A stretch of 64,000 nt of DNA from Dehalococcoidia bacterium. Lineage in GTDB: Bacteria; Chloroflexota; Dehalococcoidia; Lucifugimonadales; UBA1123. Positions 54,319-64,000 of the stretch are shown here, one piece after another. The stretch's first letter is position 1; each line of letters opens with the position of its first letter. The notes under the pieces were generated by a model. It worked only from the letters and a program-made list of their open reading frames with translations. It ran no database searches and was not told the origin of the DNA. The stretch spans positions 83,443-147,442 of the forward strand of contig DAOUKV010000024.1 of NCBI GenBank assembly GCA_034420955.1. The letters run 5' to 3'. The translations under genes were made by a program, and so were the position numbers.

Positions 54319-55035
54319 ATGACTATCATCGAAAGAAGAGTCGCGGGCATACTGTTGATCGTCGGCCTCCCGCTGCACATAATCGCGGAGGTTACACGGC
54401 CCCTCACCGACGTATCCCTCCCGGGCATAGTCAGCCCGCTTGTCCTGTTTATACTCGAAAATCTGGGAGCGATTGTCCTAGTCGCTTTCGCAGTCGCGCT
54501 CATCTATGGCTTTTGGCGTTTGATGGGAACCGGGACTCGACTGGATTTGGCGGGGCGCATTGGGCTGATATTGGTAGCTTTCGGAGCGTCGACATTTCTC
54601 GTTGGCAACCTGGCCAATACCATAGTCATGACTCTGGCCGAATACACCGTCGATCGAGCGCCACTTTCTGAACTTCTGGAAGAAGGTGTAGACGCCGCTC
54701 TCCAGCTCATCATTTTTCTTGTCCACGTTGCTTCGACCCAGGGTCTGTTGATCGGAACGCTTGGGCTGTCGGTATTCCTCGCAAAGAGAATGGCAACGCC
54801 GTTTCAGATTTGGTTTGCGCGTGTCGTATTCGCATCCGCCACTGTAACGATAGTCCTTGCATTCCTAGCCCCAGTCGATGAATACTACGCCTACGTGGCG
54901 ATGGCAACATTAGTCCCTATCTGGATCTGGTATATGAACCTTGGGGTCGGGGTGTACCGGCATGGCGACGGCATTATCGCAACGCTGGACGAAGGCAGCG
55001 ACGCGATGGCGGGCGGCGACTTGCAGGTGGCGTAA
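54319..55035 (+). CDS. Hypothetical polytopic membrane protein (DUF4386-like)
   Basis: About 6 hydrophobic helices. ATG 54319 lies within ORF 54280..55035. I recognise no catalytic motif. Confidence 0.5.
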   Translation: MTIIERRVAGILLIVGLPLHIIAEVTRPLTDVSLPGIVSPLVLFILENLGAIVLVAFAVALIYGFWRLMGTGTRLDLAGRIGLILVAFGASTFLVGNLANTIVMTLAEYTVDRAPLSELLEEGVDAALQLIIFLVHVASTQGLLIGTLGLSVFLAKRMATPFQIWFARVVFASATVTIVLAFLAPVDEYYAYVAMATLVPIWIWYMNLGVGVYRHGDGIIATLDEGSDAMAGGDLQVA

Positions 55036-55126
55036 GCGGGCGGCCAATCAGCGCTGGCCTGTCGGTAGCCTTGACAGCGGGGACGGCGGTTGGGTAGCAT
55101 TCTCACAGTAAACAGTTGAATAATCG

Positions 55127-55246
55127 TGGCTCTTATCCAGAGTGGCGGAGGGACCGGCCCCTTGATGCCCGGCAACCGGTCGAGCGCGCGGCGCGCGGCA
55201 AAGGTGCCAATTCCGGCGAGCGCTTGGACGTTCGAGAGATGAGAGT
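55127..55246 (+). promoter_or_regulatory. SAM-I (S-box) riboswitch aptamer
   Basis: CTCTTATCCAGAGTGGCGGAGGGACCGGCCCCTTGATGCCCGGCAACC...GGTGCCAATTCC...AGAGATGAGAG matches the conserved SAM-I core blocks in order. A candidate promoter is TTGACA (55071-55076), 18-nt spacer, TAGCAT (55095-55100). Confidence 0.9.
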
Positions 55247-55280
55247 GGTAGGCCGACTTACGCGCCTACCATCTGAACAA

Positions 55281-55310
55281 GGCTTCTCTCGCGCGGAGAA
55301 GTCTTTTTTT
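55281..55310 (+). terminator. Riboswitch expression-platform terminator
   Basis: GGCTTCTC-TCGCGCG-GAGAAGTC hairpin followed by T8 (55303-55310). Confidence 0.75.
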
Positions 55311-55328
55311 GTTGGGGGTCTCCGGGGT

Positions 55329-55369
55329 TTACCCTCACCCCAACCCTCTCCCCGAGGGAGAGGGGGTTA
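55329..55369. repeat. Type-A REP-like element
   Basis: TTACCCTCACCCCAACCCTCTCCCCGAGGGAGAGGGGGTTA is nearly identical to 5341-5378, with hairpin CCCTCTCCC-CGA-GGGAGAGGG. Confidence 0.8.
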
Positions 55370-55415
55370 TGTTGCCCTATCAACGATGGTAGGGGCTATT
55401 GGGCGGTTGTGAGCA

Positions 55416-56462
55416 TTGAGTACGACAGCGACAGAGATAACCCCAGTAATCTGGGGCGGCGATTCGGTTCGCATCCTCGACCAGCGGCGTCTGCCGAGCG
55501 AGGAGACGTGGCTGGATACGTCGGACTACCGAGACGTGATAGAGGCTATTCGCAACATGTCCGTTCGCGGGGCGCCGGCTATCGGCATAGCGGGCGCTTA
55601 TGGGCTGGCCCTGGCGGCGATGGAACTGGCGCAGACCGCAAACGGCAATTTTACGGACAGGCTGCACGCGGCGGCCCGCGAGATTCGCAGCGCGAGGCCT
55701 ACGGGCGCGAACCTGGGATGGGCCATAGACCGGCTCCTGTCGGCGTGCGTCTCGGCGCAGTCGGTCGAGGATGTGGTATCGGACATCGCGTCCGAGGCGG
55801 CGAGTATCCATGCGGAGGACGTGGAAAGCTGCCGCGCGATCGGGCGCGCCGGAGCGGCGCTTATTCCGTGGGGCAGCAGCGTTCTCACTCACTGCAATAC
55901 AGGCGCGCTGGCGACGGGCGGCTACGGCACCGCTCTCGGCGTCGTCCGAGCCGCATGGGCGGACGGGCGGCTCGAAGGGGTTTACGCCAGCGAGACGCGC
56001 CCGCTGCTGCAAGGCGCGCGGCTGACGGCGTGGGAGCTCGAACGCGAGGGCATCAGCGCGAGGCTGGTGGTTGACTCGGCTACGGGCGCGCTGATGCGAC
56101 AGGGCATGGTGCAGGCGGTCATCGTAGGCGCCGACCGCATCGCCCGCAACGGCGACGTGGCGAACAAGATTGGCACGTACAACCTGGCGGTCTTGGCGAA
56201 GGAGAACGGCATACCGTTCTACGTGGCCGCGCCGACGTCCACCTTCGATCCGGCGACGGCTACGGGAGACGAGATCGAGATCGAGGAGCGGGCCAGTTCT
56301 GAGACGCTCGGCTTTGGCGGCGTCAGGACGGCGCCGGAAGGAATCGAGGCATACAACCCGGCGTTCGACGTTACCCCAAACCGGTACGTTACGGGCATCG
56401 TGAGCGAGATGGGCGTCGCGCGGGCGCCATACCGCAGGAGCTTGAGGGAGCATCTTGGCTGA
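55416..56462 (+). CDS. mtnA: S-methyl-5-thioribose-1-phosphate isomerase
   Basis: 348 aa with ILDQRRLP, VRGAPAIG and GADRIARNGDVANKIGTY. TTG start. Confidence 0.85.
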   Translation: MSTTATEITPVIWGGDSVRILDQRRLPSEETWLDTSDYRDVIEAIRNMSVRGAPAIGIAGAYGLALAAMELAQTANGNFTDRLHAAAREIRSARPTGANLGWAIDRLLSACVSAQSVEDVVSDIASEAASIHAEDVESCRAIGRAGAALIPWGSSVLTHCNTGALATGGYGTALGVVRAAWADGRLEGVYASETRPLLQGARLTAWELEREGISARLVVDSATGALMRQGMVQAVIVGADRIARNGDVANKIGTYNLAVLAKENGIPFYVAAPTSTFDPATATGDEIEIEERASSETLGFGGVRTAPEGIEAYNPAFDVTPNRYVTGIVSEMGVARAPYRRSLREHLG

Positions 56463-57366
56463 AGCATCCATAGCCTTCATCGGCGGGTCGGGACTCTACG
56501 ATATGGAAGGCCTGACCGGGGCGCGTGAAGTCGAGCTCGACACGCCGTTCGGCAAGCCGTCGGACGCGATCACCATCGGACGGCTGGAAGGTGCTCCGGT
56601 CGCGTTTCTGCCAAGACACGGGCGAGGGCATCGCATCATGCCCACCGAGATTCCGGCACGGGCGAACATCTACGCGCTGAAGACGCTGGGCGTGGAGCGC
56701 GTCGTCTCTATCAGCGCGGTGGGCAGCCTGAAGGAAGAGATGAAGCCGCTGGACCTGGTCGTGCCGGACCAGATCATCGACAGGACGCGCGAGCGTCCGG
56801 CGACGTTCTTTGGAGAAGGGCTGGTGGCGCACGTCGGGTTCGCGGACCCGTTCTGCCCTACCCTGCGCCGGGTTGCCGTCGAAAACGCGGCGAGCCTGAC
56901 CGACGTTCATGACGGCGGCGCTTACGTGGTGATGGAAGGTCCGCAGTTTTCGACGCGCGCCGAGTCGGAGATGCACAGGGGTTGGGACGCGAGCGTGATC
57001 GGCATGACGGCGCTGCCGGAGGCGAAGCTGGCGCGCGAAGCGGAGATGTGCTACGCGACGCTCGCGTTCGTTACCGACTACGACGTTTGGCACGTATCAG
57101 AGGACGATGTTTCGGTTGAGCTGGTCGTCCGCAACCTGATGCGAAACGTCAGCGTCGGGCAGACAATCGCGCGTCGGATGGCGGCGTGGGCCGCCAGCGC
57201 GCGCGCTGACGATTTCGGCGATAGGGGCGATTGCGGTTGCGGCAGGGCGTTGGAAAACGCGATAATTACGAGTCCGGATTCGATTCCGGCGGCGACGCGG
57301 GAACGGCTCGCGCCGCTGGTGGACAAGTACTTGGGAGCAAACAATGCCAACACAGGTACCGGGTGA
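56455..57366 (+). CDS. mtnP: S-methyl-5'-thioadenosine phosphorylase
   Basis: IAFIGGSGLY...FLPRHG..H and MEGPQFST...GMT motifs. It overlaps the mtnA stop by 8 nt. Confidence 0.85.
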   Translation: MAEASIAFIGGSGLYDMEGLTGAREVELDTPFGKPSDAITIGRLEGAPVAFLPRHGRGHRIMPTEIPARANIYALKTLGVERVVSISAVGSLKEEMKPLDLVVPDQIIDRTRERPATFFGEGLVAHVGFADPFCPTLRRVAVENAASLTDVHDGGAYVVMEGPQFSTRAESEMHRGWDASVIGMTALPEAKLAREAEMCYATLAFVTDYDVWHVSEDDVSVELVVRNLMRNVSVGQTIARRMAAWAASARADDFGDRGDCGCGRALENAIITSPDSIPAATRERLAPLVDKYLGANNANTGTG

Positions 57367-57696
57367 GCCATATACCAGACTTAGCATCGAAGAGGCGGCT
57401 GATCGTCACGGCGACGACGAAGCGGTGTTCGTGGACGTCCGCCGCATGGACGAGTACGTTGACGGGCACGTGTCCGGCGCGCTGTTCATTACGGTTGACG
57501 ACCTGCTGGGGCGCATGGACGAGCTGCCTGAAGACAAGGATCTGCTGTTCATCTGCGCGGCGGGCGTCCGCAGCGGGCTGGCGGCGGAGATGGCGGCGGC
57601 GATGGGCATGGACCAGGATCGGCTGTTCAACGTGGAAGACGGCACCCAGCCGTGGATAGACGCGGGTCACCCAACCAGCTACGGGGCGGATGAGTA

Positions 57697-57697
<1 letters not shown>
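57344..57697 (+). CDS. Rhodanese-domain sulfurtransferase-like protein
   Basis: 117 aa. VDVRRMDEYVDGHVSGA and the active-site loop ICAAGVRS (CxxGxR). Confidence 0.75.
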
Positions 57698-59917
<2,220 letters not shown>

Positions 59918-60004
59918 CGGATAGACGGGAGACAAGAGATAGAGTATAGCGGACAGTATCCGAACTGCTTCGGATGTGGCTACGAGAACGAGTCGGGGCT
60001 ACGC

Positions 60005-60358
60005 TTGGATATGCGCTTGGATGGCGAGCGAGTGGTTGCGGAGTTCGCAGCCGAGAAGCGGCACGAAGGTTGGCCGGGCATAGTGCACGGCGGCATCATC
60101 CACTCGCTGCTGTACGAGGTGTCGGAGAACTGGGCGTACCTGAACGGCATTGTAACGATGATGAGGGGGATGAGCAGCAGACTAGTATCGCCCGCAAAGG
60201 TGGGGGAGACGATTCTGGCGACTTCGTGGCTCGACCAACGCGACGGGCGGGAGATGACGGTTCGTAGCCGGCTGGAAGTTGACGGCAGAGCCGTGGCCGA
60301 GGGGAACGCATCGCTTGTCGAGTTGAGCGAAGGTCAACGCCAAAGACTGGGGATGTGA
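60005..60358 (+). CDS. PaaI/hotdog-fold thioesterase; 5' end unresolved
   Basis: GIVHGGIIHSLLYE hotdog core. The family-typical N-terminal CFGCG...NESGLRL block lies upstream (59951-60004), in frame, where no ATG, GTG or TTG exists. Confidence 0.6.
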   Translation: MDMRLDGERVVAEFAAEKRHEGWPGIVHGGIIHSLLYEVSENWAYLNGIVTMMRGMSSRLVSPAKVGETILATSWLDQRDGREMTVRSRLEVDGRAVAEGNASLVELSEGQRQRLGM

Positions 60359-60401
60359 GGATGTGGGAACGTAAATCAGCGACCTATTCAGGAGGCAATT
60401 G

Positions 60402-61613
60402 ATGGCAACCAGCTTCATGGAAAGCCCTTCGTACCTGTTCACGTCCGAATCCGTTACCGAGGGGCACCCCGATAAGCTGTGCGACCAGATTTCGGACGCG
60501 GTGCTGGACGCGATTCTCGCCGACGACCCCACCGCGCGCGTCGCCTGCGAGACGTCCACTACGACTGGGTTGGTTATGGTGATGGGCGAGATTACCACGA
60601 ATACCTACGTGGACATCCCCAAGATAGTACGAGATACGATCTACGGCGCGGGCTATGAGGATTCGTCTTTCGGCTTCGATTACCAGTCTTGCGGCATCGC
60701 GGTGTCAGTGGACGAGCAGTCGTCCGACATATCGGCGGGCGTGAGCAACGCGCTGGAAACGCGCGACGCGGCAGACGCCGAGGCGCGGGAGGTCGAGACG
60801 CTGGGCGCTGGAGACCAGGGCATGATGGTCGGCTACGCCTGCAACGAGACTCCGGAGCTGATGCCGCTGCCTATCGCGCTCTCTCACCGGCTGTGCCAGC
60901 GCATGGCGAAGGCAAGACGCGAGGGCGAGTTCGCCTGGATTCGACCGGACGGCAAGTCGCAAGTAACCGTCGAGTACGAGTACGGCAAGCCCAAGCGCGT
61001 CCACACCGTGCTGATGAGCAGCCAGCACAGCCCGGACGCGAGCCAGAAAGTCATCGCCAGAGACCTTGAGGCGATTGCGCGCGAGGTCATCCCGTCCGAA
61101 CTGGTGGACGACGACACGCTGTGGTGGATCAACCCGTCTGGCCGCTTCGTCATCGGCGGACCGGTGGGCGATACGGGGCTGACCGGCCGCAAGATCATCG
61201 TGGATACCTACGGCGGCATGGCCCGGCACGGCGGCGGCGCGTTCTCCGGCAAAGACCCGACGAAGGTGGACCGCTCGGCGTCATACGCCGCGCGCTGGGT
61301 GGCGAAGAACGTCGTGGCCGCGGGGTTGGCGGAGCGCGTCGAGGTACTGTTGTCCTACGCAATCGCCATGGCGCAGCCGACTTCGATTTCGGCTGAAACA
61401 TTCGGAACCAACAAGATACCCGACGAGAAGATAAACGCGCTCATAGCCAAGCATTTCGATCTGCGTCCAGGCGCCATAATCCGGGATTTGAAGCTGCGCC
61501 GTCCGATCTACAAGCGCACCGCCGCCTACGGTCACTTCGGACGCCCGGAAGAAGACTTCCCCTGGGAGCGGACAGACCGGGCGGACGCGCTGCGGGCCGA
61601 CGCCTTCGGCTAG
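60402..61613 (+). CDS. metK: S-adenosylmethionine synthetase
   Basis: [20 protein letters not shown] and [12 protein letters not shown] motifs. AGGAGG lies 7 nt upstream of ATG 60402. Confidence 0.97.
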   Translation: MATSFMESPSYLFTSESVTEGHPDKLCDQISDAVLDAILADDPTARVACETSTTTGLVMVMGEITTNTYVDIPKIVRDTIYGAGYEDSSFGFDYQSCGIAVSVDEQSSDISAGVSNALETRDAADAEAREVETLGAGDQGMMVGYACNETPELMPLPIALSHRLCQRMAKARREGEFAWIRPDGKSQVTVEYEYGKPKRVHTVLMSSQHSPDASQKVIARDLEAIAREVIPSELVDDDTLWWINPSGRFVIGGPVGDTGLTGRKIIVDTYGGMARHGGGAFSGKDPTKVDRSASYAARWVAKNVVAAGLAERVEVLLSYAIAMAQPTSISAETFGTNKIPDEKINALIAKHFDLRPGAIIRDLKLRRPIYKRTAAYGHFGRPEEDFPWERTDRADALRADAFG

Positions 61614-61624
61614 GAGAGACGCTC

Positions 61625-63049
61625 ATGTCCGCAATCAGATTCGGCACCGACGGCTGGCGGGCGCTAATCGCGGAAGACTTCACGTTCGAGAACGTTCGCA
61701 TCTGCGCGCAGGGGGTGGCGGACTACCTGAACGCCTCCGGCCTCGCGGCGCGCGGCTTCGTCATCGGCTACGACACGCGCTTCGGCTCGCGCCGGTTCGC
61801 CGAAGCCGTAGCCGAGGTGATGGCCGCGAACGGAACGCCGACGCTCCTGTGCGACCGTTCGGCGCCGACGCCGGTGGTCAGCCACTCGATAGTAACGATG
61901 GACGCGGGGGCGGGAGCGGTAATCACCGCGAGCCACAATCCGGCGTCGTACAACGGCTTCAAGTTCAAGCCCGACTACGGCGGCAGCGCGTCTGAGGAGA
62001 TCGTATCCGAACTCGAACGACATATCGCCAACGCCGAGCGTTCGGGCAGGGTTCGGCGCATGGACGCGCGCGAAGCGGAGCGCCGGGGGTTGTTGGAACG
62101 GTTCGATCCACGTCCCGACTATCTCAACCACATAGCGCGGTTCGTTGATCTGGACTCGATCCGAAACGCAGGACTGAACGTGGCGGTAGATTCGATGCAC
62201 GGCGCGGGCGCGGGGTATTTCGACGCTCTGATTTCGGGCGGCAGTACGCGAGTGGTGGAGATCAGGTCAGAGGTCAACCCGTCGTTCCCGGGCATGGCTC
62301 AGCCGGAGCCGATAGCGCCCAATCTCGGCCCGCTGGTTGACGCGCTCGAAGACACCACGGCGGACATCGGCCTTGCCACGGACGGGGACGCGGACCGCCT
62401 GGGCGTGGTTGACGACGACGGCGAATTCATGACGACAACGGAGACGTTCAGCCTTCTGGTGATGCACCTACTGGAAGGGCTAGGGCAGACAGGCGCGGTG
62501 GTCAAATCGATCACCATGAGCGGGATGATAGACAAGCTGGCCGAGCTGCACGGCGCGGACGTGATCGAGACTCCTGTCGGCTTCAAGCACCTGGGTCCGC
62601 AGATGATGGCGACAGACGCGCTTGCGGCGGGCGAGGAGAGCGGCGGCTACGCCTTTCGCGGCAACATCCCGGAGCGCGACGGCATCCTGAGCGGCCTGCT
62701 GATGCTGGATATGGTGGTCAAGACCGGTGAGAATCCGGCCGACCTGCGAGCGCAGCTGTTCGAGAAGGTTGGCGTCCACGTGTACGAGCGCTGGGACATA
62801 GAGTTCGACCCCCGGCTGCGCGACGGCATTACCCGCCGGGTTGCCACATCCCGCCCGTTCGACCTCGGCGGTCGCTCGGTGGTCGGCATAGACAGCCGCG
62901 ACGGGGTGAAGTATCTGTTGGAAGACGGCTACTGGGCGCTGATACGGTTCTCGGGCACCGAGCCGCTGCTGCGAATCTACGCGGAGGGGCCATCCACCGC
63001 GGACGTGGCGGCGATGCTGGGCGAGGCGCGAGCGCTAGCGGGGGTGTAG
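61625..63049 (+). CDS. Alpha-D-phosphohexomutase (phosphoglucomutase/phosphomannomutase family)
   Basis: TASHNPASYNGFK (phosphoserine loop), DGDADR (Mg site) and GEESGG (sugar loop). Confidence 0.9.
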   Translation: MSAIRFGTDGWRALIAEDFTFENVRICAQGVADYLNASGLAARGFVIGYDTRFGSRRFAEAVAEVMAANGTPTLLCDRSAPTPVVSHSIVTMDAGAGAVITASHNPASYNGFKFKPDYGGSASEEIVSELERHIANAERSGRVRRMDAREAERRGLLERFDPRPDYLNHIARFVDLDSIRNAGLNVAVDSMHGAGAGYFDALISGGSTRVVEIRSEVNPSFPGMAQPEPIAPNLGPLVDALEDTTADIGLATDGDADRLGVVDDDGEFMTTTETFSLLVMHLLEGLGQTGAVVKSITMSGMIDKLAELHGADVIETPVGFKHLGPQMMATDALAAGEESGGYAFRGNIPERDGILSGLLMLDMVVKTGENPADLRAQLFEKVGVHVYERWDIEFDPRLRDGITRRVATSRPFDLGGRSVVGIDSRDGVKYLLEDGYWALIRFSGTEPLLRIYAEGPSTADVAAMLGEARALAGV

Positions 63050-63097
63050 GGGTGGTGTACACTATGATTGTGAAGCTCAACGGGGAGGGGCGAGGAC

Positions 63098-63322
63098 ATG
63101 AAGAAAATCACCCTGATGGCGGACGATGATCTGATAGAGGCCGCCCACGCCCGCGCGTTTGCCATGAACACTACACTCGACGCCGAGTTCCAAGTCTGGC
63201 TCGCGGACTACGTTGACCGCGAACGCCGGGCGGAGAAAGCCAAGCGTACGATTCGAGAACTCCAATCGAGAATTTCCACCGGCGGACGCAAGTTCACGCG
63301 AGACGAGATGAATGAGCACTGA
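63098..63322 (+). CDS. vapB: Type II antitoxin (VapB-like)
   Basis: 74 aa. It overlaps the following PIN-domain gene by 11 nt. Confidence 0.6.
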   Translation: MKKITLMADDDLIEAAHARAFAMNTTLDAEFQVWLADYVDRERRAEKAKRTIRELQSRISTGGRKFTRDEMNEH

Positions 63323-63731
63323 GGATTTTCTGGACTCGAACGTGTTGGTCTATCTGTTCGATCAGGTGGAACCTGCGAAGCGTGAGCGCGCCGAGCAACT
63401 GGTATCCCAATGTCTCTCAAACGGCTCCGGCTGCATCAGCTACCAAGTCGTCCAGGAAACACTAAATGTGTTGGTCGGGCGGCTGGGAGTGAGTCATGCG
63501 GACGTATCTCAGTTCATGGACGATGTATTGATCCCGCTATGGCAAGTGTATCCTAGTCCGTCCCTGTACAGAACCACGCTCAGCATACACAGCCGCTACG
63601 GGTTCAGCTTCTATGACTCATTGATCGTAGCCGCCGCGTTGGAGACGGGATGCACTCGTCTATACACTGAGGATTTACAAGACGAACAGCGGATTGGGCC
63701 GTTGACTGTCGTAAACCCGTTCAGGAATTGA
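63312..63731 (+). CDS. vapC: PIN-domain toxin (VapC family)
   Basis: 139 aa with FLDSNVLVY (first acidic residue), YDSLIVAAA and LYTED motifs. Confidence 0.8.
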   Translation: MSTEDFLDSNVLVYLFDQVEPAKRERAEQLVSQCLSNGSGCISYQVVQETLNVLVGRLGVSHADVSQFMDDVLIPLWQVYPSPSLYRTTLSIHSRYGFSFYDSLIVAAALETGCTRLYTEDLQDEQRIGPLTVVNPFRN

Positions 63732-63874
63732 CGTTCGGATTGCGAGTCGAATCCCACCAAATCCTCAGAACACCCTACCCCGCCTACAATGATGCTCGCG
63801 CGTCTGTGGTATGATGGCTTCCGAGAGGATTCTGGAGAATATGCCGGGGTGCGCGGCGCAAGCGGGAGGGCGCG

Positions 63875-64000
63875 ATGCAGAACGACGCGACGATGCCGAT
63901 GTTGGAGCGCGAGCCGCTGCTGCTGCTCATGGATGGGCACGCGCTCATCTTCCGCGCGTTTCACGCGATACGCGACCCCATGACGTCCCCACGCACAGGC
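63875..64000 (+). CDS. polA: DNA polymerase I, N-terminal 5'-3' exonuclease start (partial; continues beyond the window)
   Basis: My own translation is MQNDATMPMLEREPLLLLMDGHALIFRAFHAIRDPMTSPRTG. The LLL(I/M)DGxxxxFRAF(Y/H)A pattern is typical of PolA. GGGAGGG lies upstream. Confidence 0.6.
   Translation, partial: MQNDATMPMLEREPLLLLMDGHALIFRAFHAIRDPMTSPRTG

Noticed and set aside
55380-56480. 366-aa minus-strand ORF opposite mtnA. The same issue applies to 58589..59935 opposite ahcY, 47944..48849 opposite groES/groEL, 22190..23257 opposite the REC-PP2C gene, 34482..35441 opposite pfk, and 29074..30204 and 30736..31899 opposite dnaE
   Set aside because: All are antisense to highly conserved genes and have Arg/His/Val-rich compositions characteristic of GC-skewed shadow frames.
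63732-63874. tRNA-like T-arm string (TTCGGATTGCGAGTCGAATCCC) downstream of vapC
   Set aside because: Only a 5-bp hairpin is present, and no acceptor or anticodon arms can be folded. It is most likely a weak terminator or a chance match.

Overview
High-GC (about 60-65% by eye) bacterial chromosomal segment. It is densely coded on both strands and mostly housekeeping. The gene content (several F420/LLM oxidoreductases, class-III aminotransferases, DUF35/thiolase pair) and the GroEL sequence suggest a Chloroflexota, SAR202-like organism, but that is inference only. Recognisable genes include two tandem class-III aminotransferases, a solitary vsr, two LLM oxidoreductases, and a cluster of 5 tRNAs plus a decayed tRNA-Leu fragment. 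There is also a 1304-aa FN3/Calx-beta/cadherin-like surface protein and a peroxiredoxin-like gene interrupted by an in-frame TGA exactly at the first Cys of its CxxC motif, making it a candidate selenoprotein. Further along are a sortase-signal protein with spondin-like and Cache-like repeats, a STAS / REC-PP2C / RsbW-like / SBP / histidine-kinase operon, and a moxR-DUF58-tgpA-ogt operon. Also present are dnaE, a pfk plus HAD pair, an acyl-CoA synthetase, Uma2 plus McrBC next to tRNA-Ala, galU, an HdrD-like Fe-S protein, a UbiA-type prenyltransferase and CIRCE-controlled groES-groEL. The right end carries histidine decarboxylase, a SAM-I riboswitch ahead of a SAM-recycling operon (mtnA, mtnP, rhodanese, PfkB kinase, ahcY, thioesterase, metK), a phosphohexomutase, vapBC and the start of polA. 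The strongest candidate for something undescribed is a 2.3-kb lower-GC single-gene cassette (50146-52287). It encodes an XRE-HTH fused to a P-loop GTPase-like protein of 713 aa and sits directly behind groEL, bracketed by perfect 47-bp direct repeats that duplicate the groEL terminator. No CRISPR array, rRNA, integrase or transposase was seen.
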